Below are positions 1 to 12,382 of a stretch of DNA of 55,560 nucleotides, piece by piece. Source of the stretch: Octopus bimaculoides (lineage: Eukaryota); assembly GCF_001194135.2 (NCBI RefSeq), contig NC_068988.1, positions 82,965,941 through 83,021,500 of the forward strand. Reading direction: 5' to 3'. The translations under genes were made by a program, and so were the position numbers. Below the pieces are notes generated by a model. The model did not search any database and had not been told where the DNA came from. It saw only the letters and a program-made list of their open reading frames with translations. How positions within the stretch are numbered: the first letter of the stretch is position 1; every line of letters begins with the position of its first letter.

Positions 1-143
1 AACTACACTTACCTGTTTCCAAGCAAGGTAATATTTCTCTATGGCAAGGCATGTTTTTCATGAAAGATTGGACATGAATGACACTGCTGACACCGTTTGC
101 AACTATCACACAATGTCAAAACAAACACACATGAACATATATA

Positions 144-830
144 TGTAATGGTTGGTAGAAATTTACCAATTGTACTGGTTATAAGATGAACGATAATCAA
201 CATTTTTATAGAAATATTTATTTACCGTTACTTTCATAGTTGCCATACCACGACGGGTAGGTTAATGTAATCGTATAACAGTTTGTATGTAAAGCATACA
301 AGGTAAAGAATTTCGGCCTGTATCTGTATGTACACTTTCTCATAGTAGCATTCATATATAGAGAGAGATGGTAGTGTTATAGAGAAAAGAAAATGCTAGT
401 GATAGTTATAGCGTGTGCGACGTTGTCTCACAGTGGCTGACAGTAAACTTCATTTCTCCCTCTGGCCAAGGTTGTAGTTGGTCAGCCAGACTTCGTTCTC
501 CTTGAGTCGTCACCGGCTGGTGACTAGCCTGTTGAGGCGTCACCGATTGGTGACTAAAGAGAAACTTTGCTTGGAGATCTCCTGTTTTTATAGCTATCGA
601 GAAGGGTAGTGAGTGCAAAGGATTTAGCAGGCGGTGTTGTTTATCTCTATTCTAGATGGAGTAGAAGAGGTCAGAAAAGGGTCAAGTGGTGGAGACACCG
701 CTTCGGCCTAGCTAAAGGCATCTGGGACACATCTAACTGCTGACAGATTAAAACCGTTGTTCCACTGCGGGAAAAGTTCTGCCGCAGTGTTAATTCAAAT
801 TTGTGGCATAGTGGATCAAATCCACTTCAC
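144..830 (-). mobile_element. LTR-like block, possible solo LTR
   Basis: Complex, GC-elevated block set into simple repeats. On the minus strand: TATAAAAA near 583-590, AATAAA at 217-222, and a CA end at 144-145. Right boundary and TSD not resolved. Confidence 0.35.
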
Positions 831-949
831 GCCTGCAAGATTCCTATATATATGACGGATTTCCTTCAGTTTTCATCTATCAAACCCACTCACAAGGTTT
901 TGGATGTCTCAAGGCTATAGTAGAGGCATCATGCAGTAGGCAGTGAATA

Positions 950-2130
950 ACAACAACAAGAATAACAACAACAAGAATAACAATATCTTTATTAGCCACA
1001 AGGGCTCATACATACAAAAAATAAAATATCAATAATGGGAAGGGGGTTAAAAAAAACATCTCAGAGTGGTGAACAAAACAAGGAATTGCAAGGACATTAT
1101 ACAATAAACATTAAAAATGTGATAAGGATTAAGGAAACAATTCAAAAATATAAAAAAAGCAAAACAATAAAATTTGAACAATGGAAACACAAATTATCTG
1201 ACTCATCCATACATGGATGAGAAAACTTCTCTTGAGTCAGATCAGGGCTACCAATGACTTTGAAGATCTTCCTGTTATATTTTTTTCTGGTTAGTCTATA
1301 TACTTGTTCATTCCAAAAGAACCCTTGAGCAATTTGGTGGGGTCAAAGTAGTCAAGGAAAAGCCCACCTCATGGTAGTAGTAAATGTAAAATTGTTTGAA
1401 GGTTTTCTTTAAAGACTTTTATTAATATCATGTTTTTATTAATATCTTGTTTTCGAATCTAATCAGAGTTCATCTTCCATCAATCTGCACAAAATCTGTG
1501 TCAAAATAATTGTGTAAATCCTTTAAGTCTTCTGTGATTTATGTATTACTTCATTTGTTTTATAAAAAACTGATTTTCAAAGCAATGAGGGAAGAGATGA
1601 GTTCCTCACAATTTTTGCTCGTCTTAATTTGAGGGTGTATTCTTTCTTTGGGTATATTTTATTAACGTTTTTACAAGTCTTCCATCCTTGCTCACTTTTC
1701 AATTCTATTATCAAAGAGGATGAAAAAGAATTGCTGGTTATGGCAGAGAAGATACTTTGCTTCCTGGTCTGCTTATGTAATCTGAAACAATCTCTTTTTT
1801 TATGTTTGCATCTAGTGGTGCAATTGTGGTCTGTTGCTGCTTTTTTTTTTTTTTAGCTTTTCCAGTTCTGAGCTGAAAGCACTGCTATGTGTACCAGCAG
1901 AGTTTTTGACCTGATTAGTCAACTATGAAGTTTTTATTGACAATCACTACAGGACAAAATTACAATAATTTTGTGACCATGAAGATATATCTGTTCATAG
2001 TGATCCCACTCAACCATACATCACCAGCACTGACCAACTTTTCATGAAGTGCTACAACAATGATCAGAGCTCAGCATTGCTCCTGATACCTTTATTGTAC
2101 TGTGACTCTGTTGTTGCATTCTCTTGAATT
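950..2130 (-). mobile_element. Degenerate non-LTR retrotransposon 3' fragment
   Basis: Minus-strand AATAAA followed by a (TTG/TTA)-type simple-repeat tail at ~950-995; broken coding-like sequence upstream; family not resolved. Confidence 0.35.
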
Positions 2131-2904
2131 CTGTAGGATTAATCTGTAAGTAGACGTGGGACGCATTGATATTGTATCTATATCTCATCCTCAGTTTTAA
2201 AAAAAGAAGCAACAAATAGAAAGAGCATCATGGCATTAGGAAAGATGTTCAGCAGTAGAAACCAAGCCAAAACTGACTGTGGAACCTGGTGCCATGTGGT
2301 CTTTCTTTGATATAAATTTTTCTTGTCCAAAGTTTGTCTTTTGCAAATTATGTTTGCAAAACTGGTCCTTCACTCAAATTTCTATTTTCATTTTCTTCAT
2401 TTTCATGCATGTGTTTATGTGTGTGTGTGTGTGTGTGTGTGCACGTGCGTGCACACGCGTATGCATGCATCTGTGCGTGTGTGTGTGTATTGTTTTTGCT
2501 AAATGTATCACTAGGAACTCTCTCAAAAGTTTTATTCCCTGCAGAAATATCAATATTTTATGATCAAAAGTGTATGTTTTCTTTTTTGCCATGTTTCTAT
2601 TAGTTTTCTTCTTTGGTGTTTAAAATCTGCAGTAACATGTTCTCTGTCAATATAATTGTTTTAGTGGCTGTTCTGCATTGCAATTTTCTACATGTATGTA
2701 AACAAATTGGGAAATATAGAGTTTGTCTAACAATAGACCATTTTTCATCTGAAACCTGTCTGGGTAGACTCTTAAATTTTTTTCCTGTATGAAAATAATC
2801 AAAACTCATTCATGTAGTTTAAACTTGATGGAATCTAGTCTCAAAGTACAAAAACATATTTGAACAAGTCAGCCATCAATAATATATATAATAATAGTTT
2901 CTGA

Positions 2905-3110
2905 CTTAGGTGCAAGGCCAGTAATCTTGAGAGGAGGGGGACTAGTCAGCACCATCAACACTAGTATTTGACTGGTACTTTATTTTATTGATCACAGAGG
3001 GATGAAAGTCAAAGTTGGCCTTGATGGGAATTGAACTCAGAATGTAAAGAGTTGGAACAAATACCGTAAAACATTTTTTCTTTTACTGTCGCTTTTACCA
3101 ACTCAACAAT
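2905..3110 (-). mobile_element. tRNA-derived SINE, decayed copy just downstream of the GPCR stop
   Basis: Reverse complement matches the core of the intact copy at 39641 (ttctgagttcaa...gccaactttgactttcatcc...aataaaataaagtaccag). Confidence 0.75.
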
Positions 3111-3196
3111 AATGATAACAATGATTTCTTTTCTATTTTGATATCAATGATTTCAATATCACCCACTGAAACGAATCCATGTAATTACTGATTTTA

Positions 3197-3490
3197 TTAC
3201 ATATGAGTGTCACTAAATGGAGGTTGAGGATATAAGGCGTTATTTTCAGTGTCGCTATCACTAAACATTGTCAAACTCCTGTCTCCTATAGAACTGCTTG
3301 GTGTTAGATCATAATGAGGACGGTAGTTTGGAGATAACAGTTCATGACTAATAGGACTTGATAAGGTTGACGTAGTTGTCTGTTTATGAATACAAGTGGT
3401 AGAGACACGAGATGAACGAGTCACTGACACATTCCGGAAACGCAAAGTGCTTGGGAAACAGTTTAATTTCATTTGGATGGTATGACGAAC
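3197..3490 (-). CDS. GPCR terminal coding exon, helix 8 and Ser/Thr-rich C-tail (97 aa plus stop)
   Basis: atatttgcag|GTT CGT CAT ACC ... CAT ATG TAA; continues NSE|V as in class B receptors; matches ORF 3197..3496. Confidence 0.88.
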   Translation of the reverse strand, partial: VRHTIQMKLNCFPSTLRFRNVSVTRSSRVSTTCIHKQTTTSTLSSPISHELLSPNYRPHYDLTPSSSIGDRSLTMFSDSDTENNALYPQPPFSDTHM

Positions 3491-4286
3491 CTGCAAATAT
3501 AATCATGGTGTGGAATAAATATAAAAGTTTAAAGGCAATGTTATACATAATGAAGACAAAGCATCAACTGTTTGTTTTATCAATAGATGGTCCAGTTTTA
3601 ACATGGAATTGGACCTGGGTTAGAGACTTCATTTGCTAGAAGTACACCTATTTTATCATAGTCATTAATAAAGGTATTACATTCTTCCTTAACTATTCTG
3701 TGTTGAAATCTAGACATAGGGTATGATTTATTTTTCATCAATTCAAAGTCAATGAAATAAGTACCAATAACACTGTGTAACATAATTTTTGTCCTTGGGT
3801 AGCAACTGTTATTTCCTATTTTCTTACCCCTAGAAAGTATGAAAAATGGCTATTTCCTTCAAACTTTGCTTTTGTTACACTTAGTCAAATCTCAAAGAAT
3901 CCCTCTCAACACTGGTTATGATGCTTCCCCGCTACTCCTGCTAATGATCAGAGATGCACATGATGTCAGCCACTAAGGGACATGCTTATGTGGTTAAGGG
4001 CAAACAACTGACAAGCAATTCTGTGGTATTGAGCAGAATACTTGCTATAACAATATTTCTGCTTCAGCAATTCAGTGCTGAATCTGTCTGGAATGTAATG
4101 GGAAACAGATCAGCTGCAAAACATTGATGTCCAGGTCACAAAAGCAAAGTTTGAAGGGAATAGTAGTCATTTCCTTTGATTTCTAGATAGAAGCAAATAG
4201 GAAATAACACTTTCTGACCAAAGACAAATAATAAAAACAATTGTTACACAGTGTGATATATTATTGGATCAATAGGTGACCTATCC

Positions 4287-4475
4287 TAGGGGTTCCCAAC
4301 CATTGGGCCAGGGATCACTTTGTAGTGGGTCACACAGAAACTAAATTTTAAAATTTTATTTCTATTTTATTGACTATTGTTGTTTTGTAATGCACTTGAT
4401 CTCCTGGTCCATGAAAAAAAAAAACTGCTTTGCACAAAACTGGTCCATAATGCAAAAAATGGTTAGGGGCCACTA
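4287..4475. mobile_element. hAT-type MITE
   Basis: Imperfect TIRs taggggttcccaacc / ggttaggggccacta; flanking 8-mers acctatcc / acctacca (6 of 8) resemble a decayed TSD. Confidence 0.65.
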
Positions 4476-7400
4476 ACCTACCAGATTAAAGGATGTACTT
4501 TACATTGCATCAATATGACCTCCAGTTTAGGAGGTGTTCTCTAGATTTCAAAGCAGTTATCTTTATCTAAAATAATTTGGAAATTAATGAAGGATTTAAT
4601 TGAGTACAATATCAAATGATCAATTGTTCAACATGCAAAACCCTACAGTGGTTATAATAATAGGTGCTTGTTAAGCATTGTGGAGATTATGATCATCATT
4701 TAAAGTAAGGACAACATTATTGATAGATTTCATGAACTTATTGAGATGAAAATATAAATTATGCAACATCTTCCTCCATTACAAACTCTAATGCTCATTT
4801 AATTTTACTAGTTAATCCCTTCTCATCTGCAGTTAATGATAAATTCTAAAAGAAATTCATATTCCCTCACTAAATAACTTATTAGTAATGTATACATAGA
4901 TTGCACAACACCTTCCTCTGCTACAAATTCCTATCAAACAGTTCTTGTCACTCTATTTATTTGAAGTTACTGATAATTTCATAAGGAACCTTACCTTCTC
5001 TTGCCTCTAAGTCCACACTTCATATATTTAGCAAAATATTATAATGTTCCTTGGTAGACCTTCCACTTAATCTTATTAACCGGTCTACCAAACTGGATCT
5101 AGATTACTCTTCTTTGTTACTACTTCATAGTAATGTGGGGATTTGGCTGAGATTATGCACTTCCAACATCTTTCACACCTGATACCTAACTTATTACTTC
5201 AGTTACTTTCCACTCTCTCCAAGTGTTATTCTAACTCTTACTACCCTTGTTTTTTCATATTTCATTTTCCTATATGCCTAACAACCTTAAATGTATGTAT
5301 ATGTGCATGTGTTGCTTTTTTGTGCATATGAGTTTATGCATCTATAACTATATGTGTAACTTTGTTCCCTTACCTCATTTTAGATATTTTTTTTTGTTGC
5401 ACAATTTCTTATTTCTACTATTACCTTTAACTAACTTCCAGTGTACATCTGCATTATAGTAAAGCCTAGAATTGAAACCTTACAGCTTCAGTAACTAGGA
5501 ACACGTCACACTTAGATAAGGCAATGCACCTTGAACACTAACCTACCAGCTTACAGAAATACCATCCCATATTATGGAATGTTCTATCATGTTCCTGATA
5601 GTTCCCAAGCATATAGGGGTTATGTAAGCAACAAGGCAGGCAAGCACAGCTAGAGGTGGCAAAGGACCCAATGCGCACAACATGTGCTTGCACACAGCAG
5701 TGGTTAGACAAGGTTCCAGAGTAGATAGATGAATACAGTATTCTTTTTCCTACTCAATCTGTGTTTAAATGAATCTTTTCATCATCAATGTACTTCTCCA
5801 AGCACATACCACGAACACAATATTCTCACCTCTTGCCACACAAATAAGTAGCCAGCCAATTCTTAGACATAAACAAACCAGAGACACATTTAGGATGCAT
5901 AGACAACAAGCCCTTTAAGCAGACAAGTTGACTATGATGGACAGAGCATTATTCTCACTTCTCATGCAAAGTTAATCTTTCCTGTTATTAATTTAACTAT
6001 GAACTACATCTGCTTCTAGCACTCCACTATACACTACTGGCAAGCAACTCTGAAAAATGTTAATATTGTAATGTACTTCTGTAAAAATAAATGTCACCCC
6101 AACAAAGAAAGACTCATTACTTAAGCCACAATATGTTTGTGTGTGTTTATATATATATATACTTGATATACATATATTTCAACAGTGTAATATGGTATTT
6201 GTTTGTAAAGATTTATGTGTAAATGTTGTGCAGGTGTACCTATATTTTATTCTTTTATTTTTTTTGTTTAGCATAAGTGTGTGTTATGGGTGTGTAGATA
6301 CATCTACGTTTTTGGTCGTGTGTATATCTACATTTTTGGTCGTGTGTGTGTGTGTGGAGTAGTGTATTCATGTATGTATACATACAAGTAACCTACTACC
6401 ATTACCTTATTTTGTCCTTATTCTCTCATTTTTCTTTTTCATTTTCCTCTTCCCCATTTAATGCTCATATGAAATTTTATTACTCAAGTTTATCTATCCT
6501 AAACAATAAACATCCCAGCTTTTGATGCACCAGCTATCCATTATAGGTGTGTTACATATACATTAATGAAATTATAATCCACTGCAGGCACTGCAATAAT
6601 TTGAGTATGCTGATAACAAAATGAAACCACACCAGTTTAACACTATTAATTCTTTAGTGATTTCAACTTACACTCTGATTTTTATTCTTTCTGCTAGGTC
6701 AAGTTTCTGTTGCATTTTCCATTACAGGGGACTATTTTCAACTAAACAATCATATGTACCTGATGAAATAGTACACCAGATGGCTACAAGACATTCATGT
6801 TATATAAGATGCGCCTGATGTGCTTTTGAAACAGTTTTAGTACTCAACTATCTCTTCTGTTCATTTTATTTACACTCCCATCCATTTATATCATATATTT
6901 AAGAAAAAGAAGAAAAAGAAGAAAATGGAGAAATTGACATATAGATATCAGTTTATTGAAACAAATCCAATTTCGGACAATATCAAACTCATAGAACCTA
7001 CAATTGTTTCCATGTCCAATCAATTAATTCAAATTAGAAAAATTAAATTAAAGATTCATATTGAATTATAGTTAATTGAAAATTTTGTCAGGGTCAGAAC
7101 TTGATGAAAAAAGGATCTAAATCCCAATGTGTTGATATATCATTGGTAGACTCAGCATTAAATTCAGATACGTGTATTTGTGCATTCTAATGTATTTAAA
7201 AAAAAAAACATTACTTGTGTATATGCAACTTTGTTTAAATTTATTTGTGTGTGTTTATGTGTTAATATATTGAAAAACAAAGGAGCCATTAGGTTGCCTA
7301 AATGATATTTAGATACAGTTAATTGTAATTAAAAACATTTCTTCCTAATTTTCATTATTACTTGTGAGAGTACGAAATGTCAACAAAATTTTTTAATCAC

Positions 7401-7479
7401 TTAAGAATTATATTGTAAGCCACTTAGTTAAAACCTCTAGTATTAATAATTAAATACTATTTTTTTAATTTTTATAATT

Positions 7480-9160
7480 TAAAACACAAATCGTAGTTAC
7501 TTTAACTATGTACCACATGACCATGACAAAATTCAGTCTGTTTACATAACATGGTAGCTGTATATTACGTCAACTAGACTTGTGTACAATATATTAAAAA
7601 CATTTTTAAAATTTTAATATCCACTAAGAATTATTTTCTGAGCTTCTTGGTTATAATTATTAGTATTATCCAATTAATACATAATATATTTTACTTTAAT
7701 ATTACTTATTTTAATTATAATTATAATTTTCCTAAGATACGTATTTATATATTTCTAGATAGTCAATTTATAAGATAGTTAATTTATAGTTTTAGTAACA
7801 TTTTCATTTTATTTTAATGGTAATTCTTAAATACATATTTACAGGCGTGGACACAGGACAATTCCCCCTCCTTTTTAGTGTTAAGAAGCTTATGTTTAGA
7901 AGTTAAAATCTGAAATAATTCTTCAACACAAGGATCACAATTTGTACCTCCAATTCTATAGGCATTTGCTTGGCTTATTATTTCCCACTCTATGCTATAC
8001 TTTTTATTCTTGTCCTTCAAGTCCCAAATAAATTTGCTAAGACTGGTATAAGACAAATTAGTTCTATTATTAAAGGTGTATTGATGTTTTTTAATATAAT
8101 TTTCCATTGAACCGATATAAAAATAATTTTTACCTTCAGATTTCACTTCACATCTATATACTACATTTTTTTGCTTGTAATAATTTTTAAACAAACAGTT
8201 ATTTCTAAATTTGCAATCATAATATATACTTTCATTTTTATTCTTATTTCTATTTTCATTTATAGAATTACATTTATTATTATTATTGCTCATACTGTTA
8301 GGCTTTAGGTTAAGATGGGATCCAATGTGGGTTGTTTCCTTTGTACATTAGATGATTTATTAGTACATTCTTTACTATCATTATCACTTTTGTTGTTCTG
8401 CAAAGTATTAGTATTACATTTATTTGTATTATTATAGAAATCAGTTAATTTCCTATTGTTAAGTGAAGAAATAACTTGGAAAACATTTCTAGAGACAGAA
8501 TGTGCCACACTTTGATTACTGGAGTTAATTATATCATAATATCTATTTTCTTTAGTAAAATGTTTATTAAAAAGTTTATATAGGGATCTAACCAGGTTAT
8601 TTTCAATTAGCTTGGTGAATGGAATAATAAATCATATAATATTGCTCCTACTAGAAGTTCCATTACAATTATCCAATTCCCAATCAATATTATGGGGTAT
8701 GTCGTTTAACTCTATTTTTATTACTTATATCATTTTTATCAGAATTATCAGATGAACAAAGCAATAAACTGGTTTCCGTATTTTGTTTTTCATTGTTACC
8801 TATTGCACATTTATTTTTATTTCTATCCTTATTTCTATTCTTCCTAGGTCCTTTAAATGTTATGTTATTACGAGTTACACCAGTATTATTCATACAACTG
8901 AAGTCTACATTTGACTCATAATATTTTAACCTCTGCTTATATCCAGTTCTACTGAGTGCCATGTTATAATAGTCTGCATTTTTGTTGAAAATTTCTTCAC
9001 TAGATGATAAATTAGATATTCTTCTAGATATATTGTAAACTTCTTTTTCTCATGCATAAATGGTAATATATTCATATCCATCAATGTGAAGCTAACATCT
9101 TTTAGTACTTCACTGATACACTGAACAAACCAGAGAACTTGGATGCTGACATCCCTTTAA
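7480..9160 (-). mobile_element. Penelope-like element A, 5'-truncated (RT C-terminus plus GIY-YIG endonuclease)
   Basis: ORF 7814..8293: VVYRCEV...YFYIGS...SLSKFIWDLK...IEWEII...CDPC...LLN. ORF 8690..8962 begins ALSRTGYKQRLKY. Frameshifted thumb-region remnants lie near 8950-9150. Confidence 0.88.
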
Positions 9161-9204
9161 GAGGTATTTATATCCTTGAAATAATTAAACTATATATATA
9201 TATG

Positions 9205-9365
9205 ACAGGCTTCTTCCAGTTTCCATCTACCAAATCCACTCACAAGCTTTAGTTGGCTCAGGGCTATAGTAGAAGACACTTGCCCAAGGTGTCAAGCAGT
9301 GGGACTGAATTTGAAATCATGTGGTTGGGAAGCAAACTGCTTAAACACACAACCACAGCTGTCAC
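9205..9365 (-). mobile_element. CORE-like tRNA SINE (related copies near 850-940, 22415-22570, 29070-29220, 31243-31395)
   Basis: Reverse complement contains ttgggcaagtgtcttctactatagcc, shared by the dispersed copies. Confidence 0.75.
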
Positions 9366-9832
9366 TAACCATTTCCCACAAGTTTCCATTCCCACACTGT
9401 GAGTGTTCTGGAATTCGATTCCAACTCATGTTTTTCCTGCCAATGTTCAAGCTAATTATAAACAACATTGATGTCACCAATCTAGGAGGGAAGGTCATGG
9501 GATTATTATCTCCACTAGACTCTGTTAACAAAGTTTATCACATAAAGAAAGCAATGTTAAATGTAGTTTGATATTGATTTGAATACTGTTCTATATCTTT
9601 TATTAAAACCATCTCAAAATATACACACACTTTTAGACACTCTCTATTTTTGCTCATCATTCATTTATTTTCTGTTGATTTTACTGTTTCAAAACTTTCT
9701 GTGACCTTTAGCAGCCTCAGACTATTGTTGCCAAATATATAATTGATAGCACCACTTCCAAATAACTTTACCATTTTATTTTATAATAGTTGAACATTTC
9801 TATGTTTTGTTCTATCCACTTGGCATGTATAT

Positions 9833-9875
<43 letters not shown>

Positions 9876-9933
9876 TTAAAATTAAATCAACAAAAAAATT
9901 TTAAATAACATTCTACAAACAATTGTAACATAC

Positions 9934-9975
9934 CTCACTGTTTAAAAAGCAGTAGAAAACTGCCACGAAAAGACC
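9934..9975 (-). CDS. GPCR exon, end of TM7 (42 nt, phase 0 to 0)
   Basis: cctttttcccag|GGT CTT TTC GTG GCA GTT TTC TAC TGC TTT TTA AAC AGT GAG|gtatgt; encodes GLFVAVFYCFLNSE. Confidence 0.96.
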
Positions 9976-10168
9976 CTGGGAAAAAGGAAACAGGAAAAAA
10001 GTGATTAATTGAAATGAAACTGAAATAAAAAGTGTTAGCTGAAATGTATTTTCATTCTATAATTTCTATTGCAAGCCAATGCTAGGATAATAACAATGTC
10101 TATGTATTTCATTTTATTTAGGTATAAAGGTAGCTGAAATTTATTCGCATTATATAATTTATGTTGCA

Positions 10169-10223
<55 letters not shown>

Positions 10224-10536
10224 GTTGAAATTTATAGAAAAACAAAAGATGGAGAATAGTGTATGAACAAGAAAGTGTATTAGTTTGATGCTTGGGAAAA
10301 ATGAAAAAGTCTTTTACGTTTTGAGCCTATGCTCTTCAACGGAAAGGAATAAGAGAAAATAAACAGAGAGAATGAAAAAAAACTTGTAGATTTCAGCAGT
10401 CCAGCATATGTGTGTCTGTGTGTGTGTGTGTGTGTATGTATATAGTAATTACATAGCATTCATAGTATATATATATAGAGAATATTATCTTTTGATATTA
10501 ATACTGCTTCAGTTGCCATTAATTATTTTACATATC

Positions 10537-10540
<4 letters not shown>

Positions 10541-10599
<59 letters not shown>

Positions 10600-10605
10600 A
10601 CACAC

Positions 10606-10665
<60 letters not shown>
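10541..10665. repeat. (CA)n(GATA)n compound microsatellite
   Basis: Direct reading. Confidence 0.98.
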
Positions 10666-10883
10666 TAAGAATCCATAAATCAGAAAAAATATGCACTTAT
10701 ATATCTGTTGCCATATTTTTCCATATCTGCCATCTCTGAAGACCACTTCATGTTAGTTAACCATCTTGTTATCTAATATCCAGTGCAAAACTGATTGGTA
10801 CAATTGGTTGAAGTGGATCTATAATACTGTATAGACACACACACACACACTCTTTCTCTCTCTCTCTCTCTCTGATATATATA

Positions 10884-11756
10884 CAGTGTGTGATGGGTAA
10901 ATTTTCGCCATTTTATATTTTTAATTTCGCGCTTGCGCATTGTTTGTTTTTCATTTTGTCGACTACACAGTATAGTAGGATCAGTTGGGCACTGTGTGTG
11001 AGAAAAACAGCACCATGACACAATTCACTCTGCCAGAAATTTGGAAATGACATGCTGTACTGCTTAGCATTAATGCCGGAAGCTCCAACATGAACATTTC
11101 AGAGTGTTTGAGTGTCAATCTGAAGACAGTGCAATCTGAGGATGTGTACCAAGAGTGATAAAAATCAAACATCTAGTCAACATCATGGTGTTTGGAGAGA
11201 TCACTAGTGATGGTGACATTATGCCTCCATTCATCTTCCTACACGGCTTCACTCTCAACATGGAGGCCTACGTCAAGTACCTGAAGGAGGTAGTGCTGCT
11301 TTAGGTCAAGAGGGTGGCTACTGGAAGACCCTATGTCTGGCAACAGGACTTTTCACCATGCCACACAACCAGAAGAACAAGGTCATGGTAGTTGGACAAT
11401 TTCTATGACCACATCACTCCTAACATCTGGCCATCTGACTCCCCAGACTGAAAACCCCTTGACTATTATGTGCAGTTAAGCAAGAGACCAACAAAACTCC
11501 TTGTAACACCAAAGATGAACTGAAGGCAAGGATTATGGCAGCATTCAACAAGGAGACCATCCAGAAGAGTTGCAGGAAATTCCGAAGTCATCTGGAGACT
11601 GTGGTTGAAGCCAATGGTAATTTTATTGAATAAATTTACTCTTTAGTATTTCAAGATATTTTTACATAATTTTGGTAAATATATCTTTTAAAATGAGATA
11701 TCAGCATTATTTTCATTTTTGTATAATTTAGACAACAGTTTATTCACTGCACCCTG
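10884..11756 (+). mobile_element. Internally deleted maT (Tc1/mariner DD37D) element, copy 1
   Basis: TA flanks. TIRs cagtgtgtgatgggtaaattt / acagtttattcactgcaccctg. WQQD to PLD spacing is exactly 37 codons; there are in-frame stops. Confidence 0.9.
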
Positions 11757-12246
11757 TACATATATATGTTATGGTGTGCAAGAGAGACGATTGCGCTGGT
11801 ATGGTCATTTGGCGAGAATAGATGAGGATAGCTGTGTGAAAAAGTGCCACAACCTAGCGATTGAGGGTACCTGTGGAAATGACTAGATAGGATATAGGAT
11901 TTTAGTGAATTCACACTGAGTGTCAGAGTGATTTAGGAGAATAAAATTACATCAGGAGGAAAGAAGGCAAATTAAGAATTAAAAAATATATGTATTTAAA
12001 ATAATTATCACCAACATAGTTTCTATATTTTTAAATTGGAATTCCAGTGAAAATATAATAATTCCTTTAATATAACTGTTCTTTCTGTTAATATTCTATA
12101 CACTAAATACATAAAACTATAATATTCCACTCTGAAAATATACAGAAACCTATAATATTCTATGCAATAAATATATATGGAACTATAATATTTTACACAG
12201 TAAATATAATACTCTACATACTAAACATACATAAAACTACACAAAC

Positions 12247-12382
12247 CTGAAATGATTGCAGGATGGTATCTGTATAGATCAATATGACTGAAGATGTTGA
12301 ACTTGCACTTGGTTGAAGAATAAACATTACATAAGTTATGCCCAACAAAGGTAGAAGCACCAAAGCACCCTTGACAGCTTTT
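12247..12382 (-). CDS. GPCR exon, TM6-ECL3-TM7 (136 nt, phase 2 to 0)
   Basis: aatttcag|A AAA GCT GTC AAG ... TCA TTT CAG|gtttgt; encodes KAVKGALVLLPLLGITYVMFILQPSASSTSSVILIYTDTILQSFQ; lies inside ORF 12214..12477. Confidence 0.96.

Noticed and set aside
5500-5980. GC-elevated stretch as an extra exon or integrase remnant
   Set aside because: No recognisable motif, stops in the frames I read, and the receptor frame needs no exon here
6740-6850. Minus-strand VLKLFQKHIRRIL as a helix-8 exon
   Set aside because: No AG acceptor in frame; the 3490 exon fits NSE|V directly
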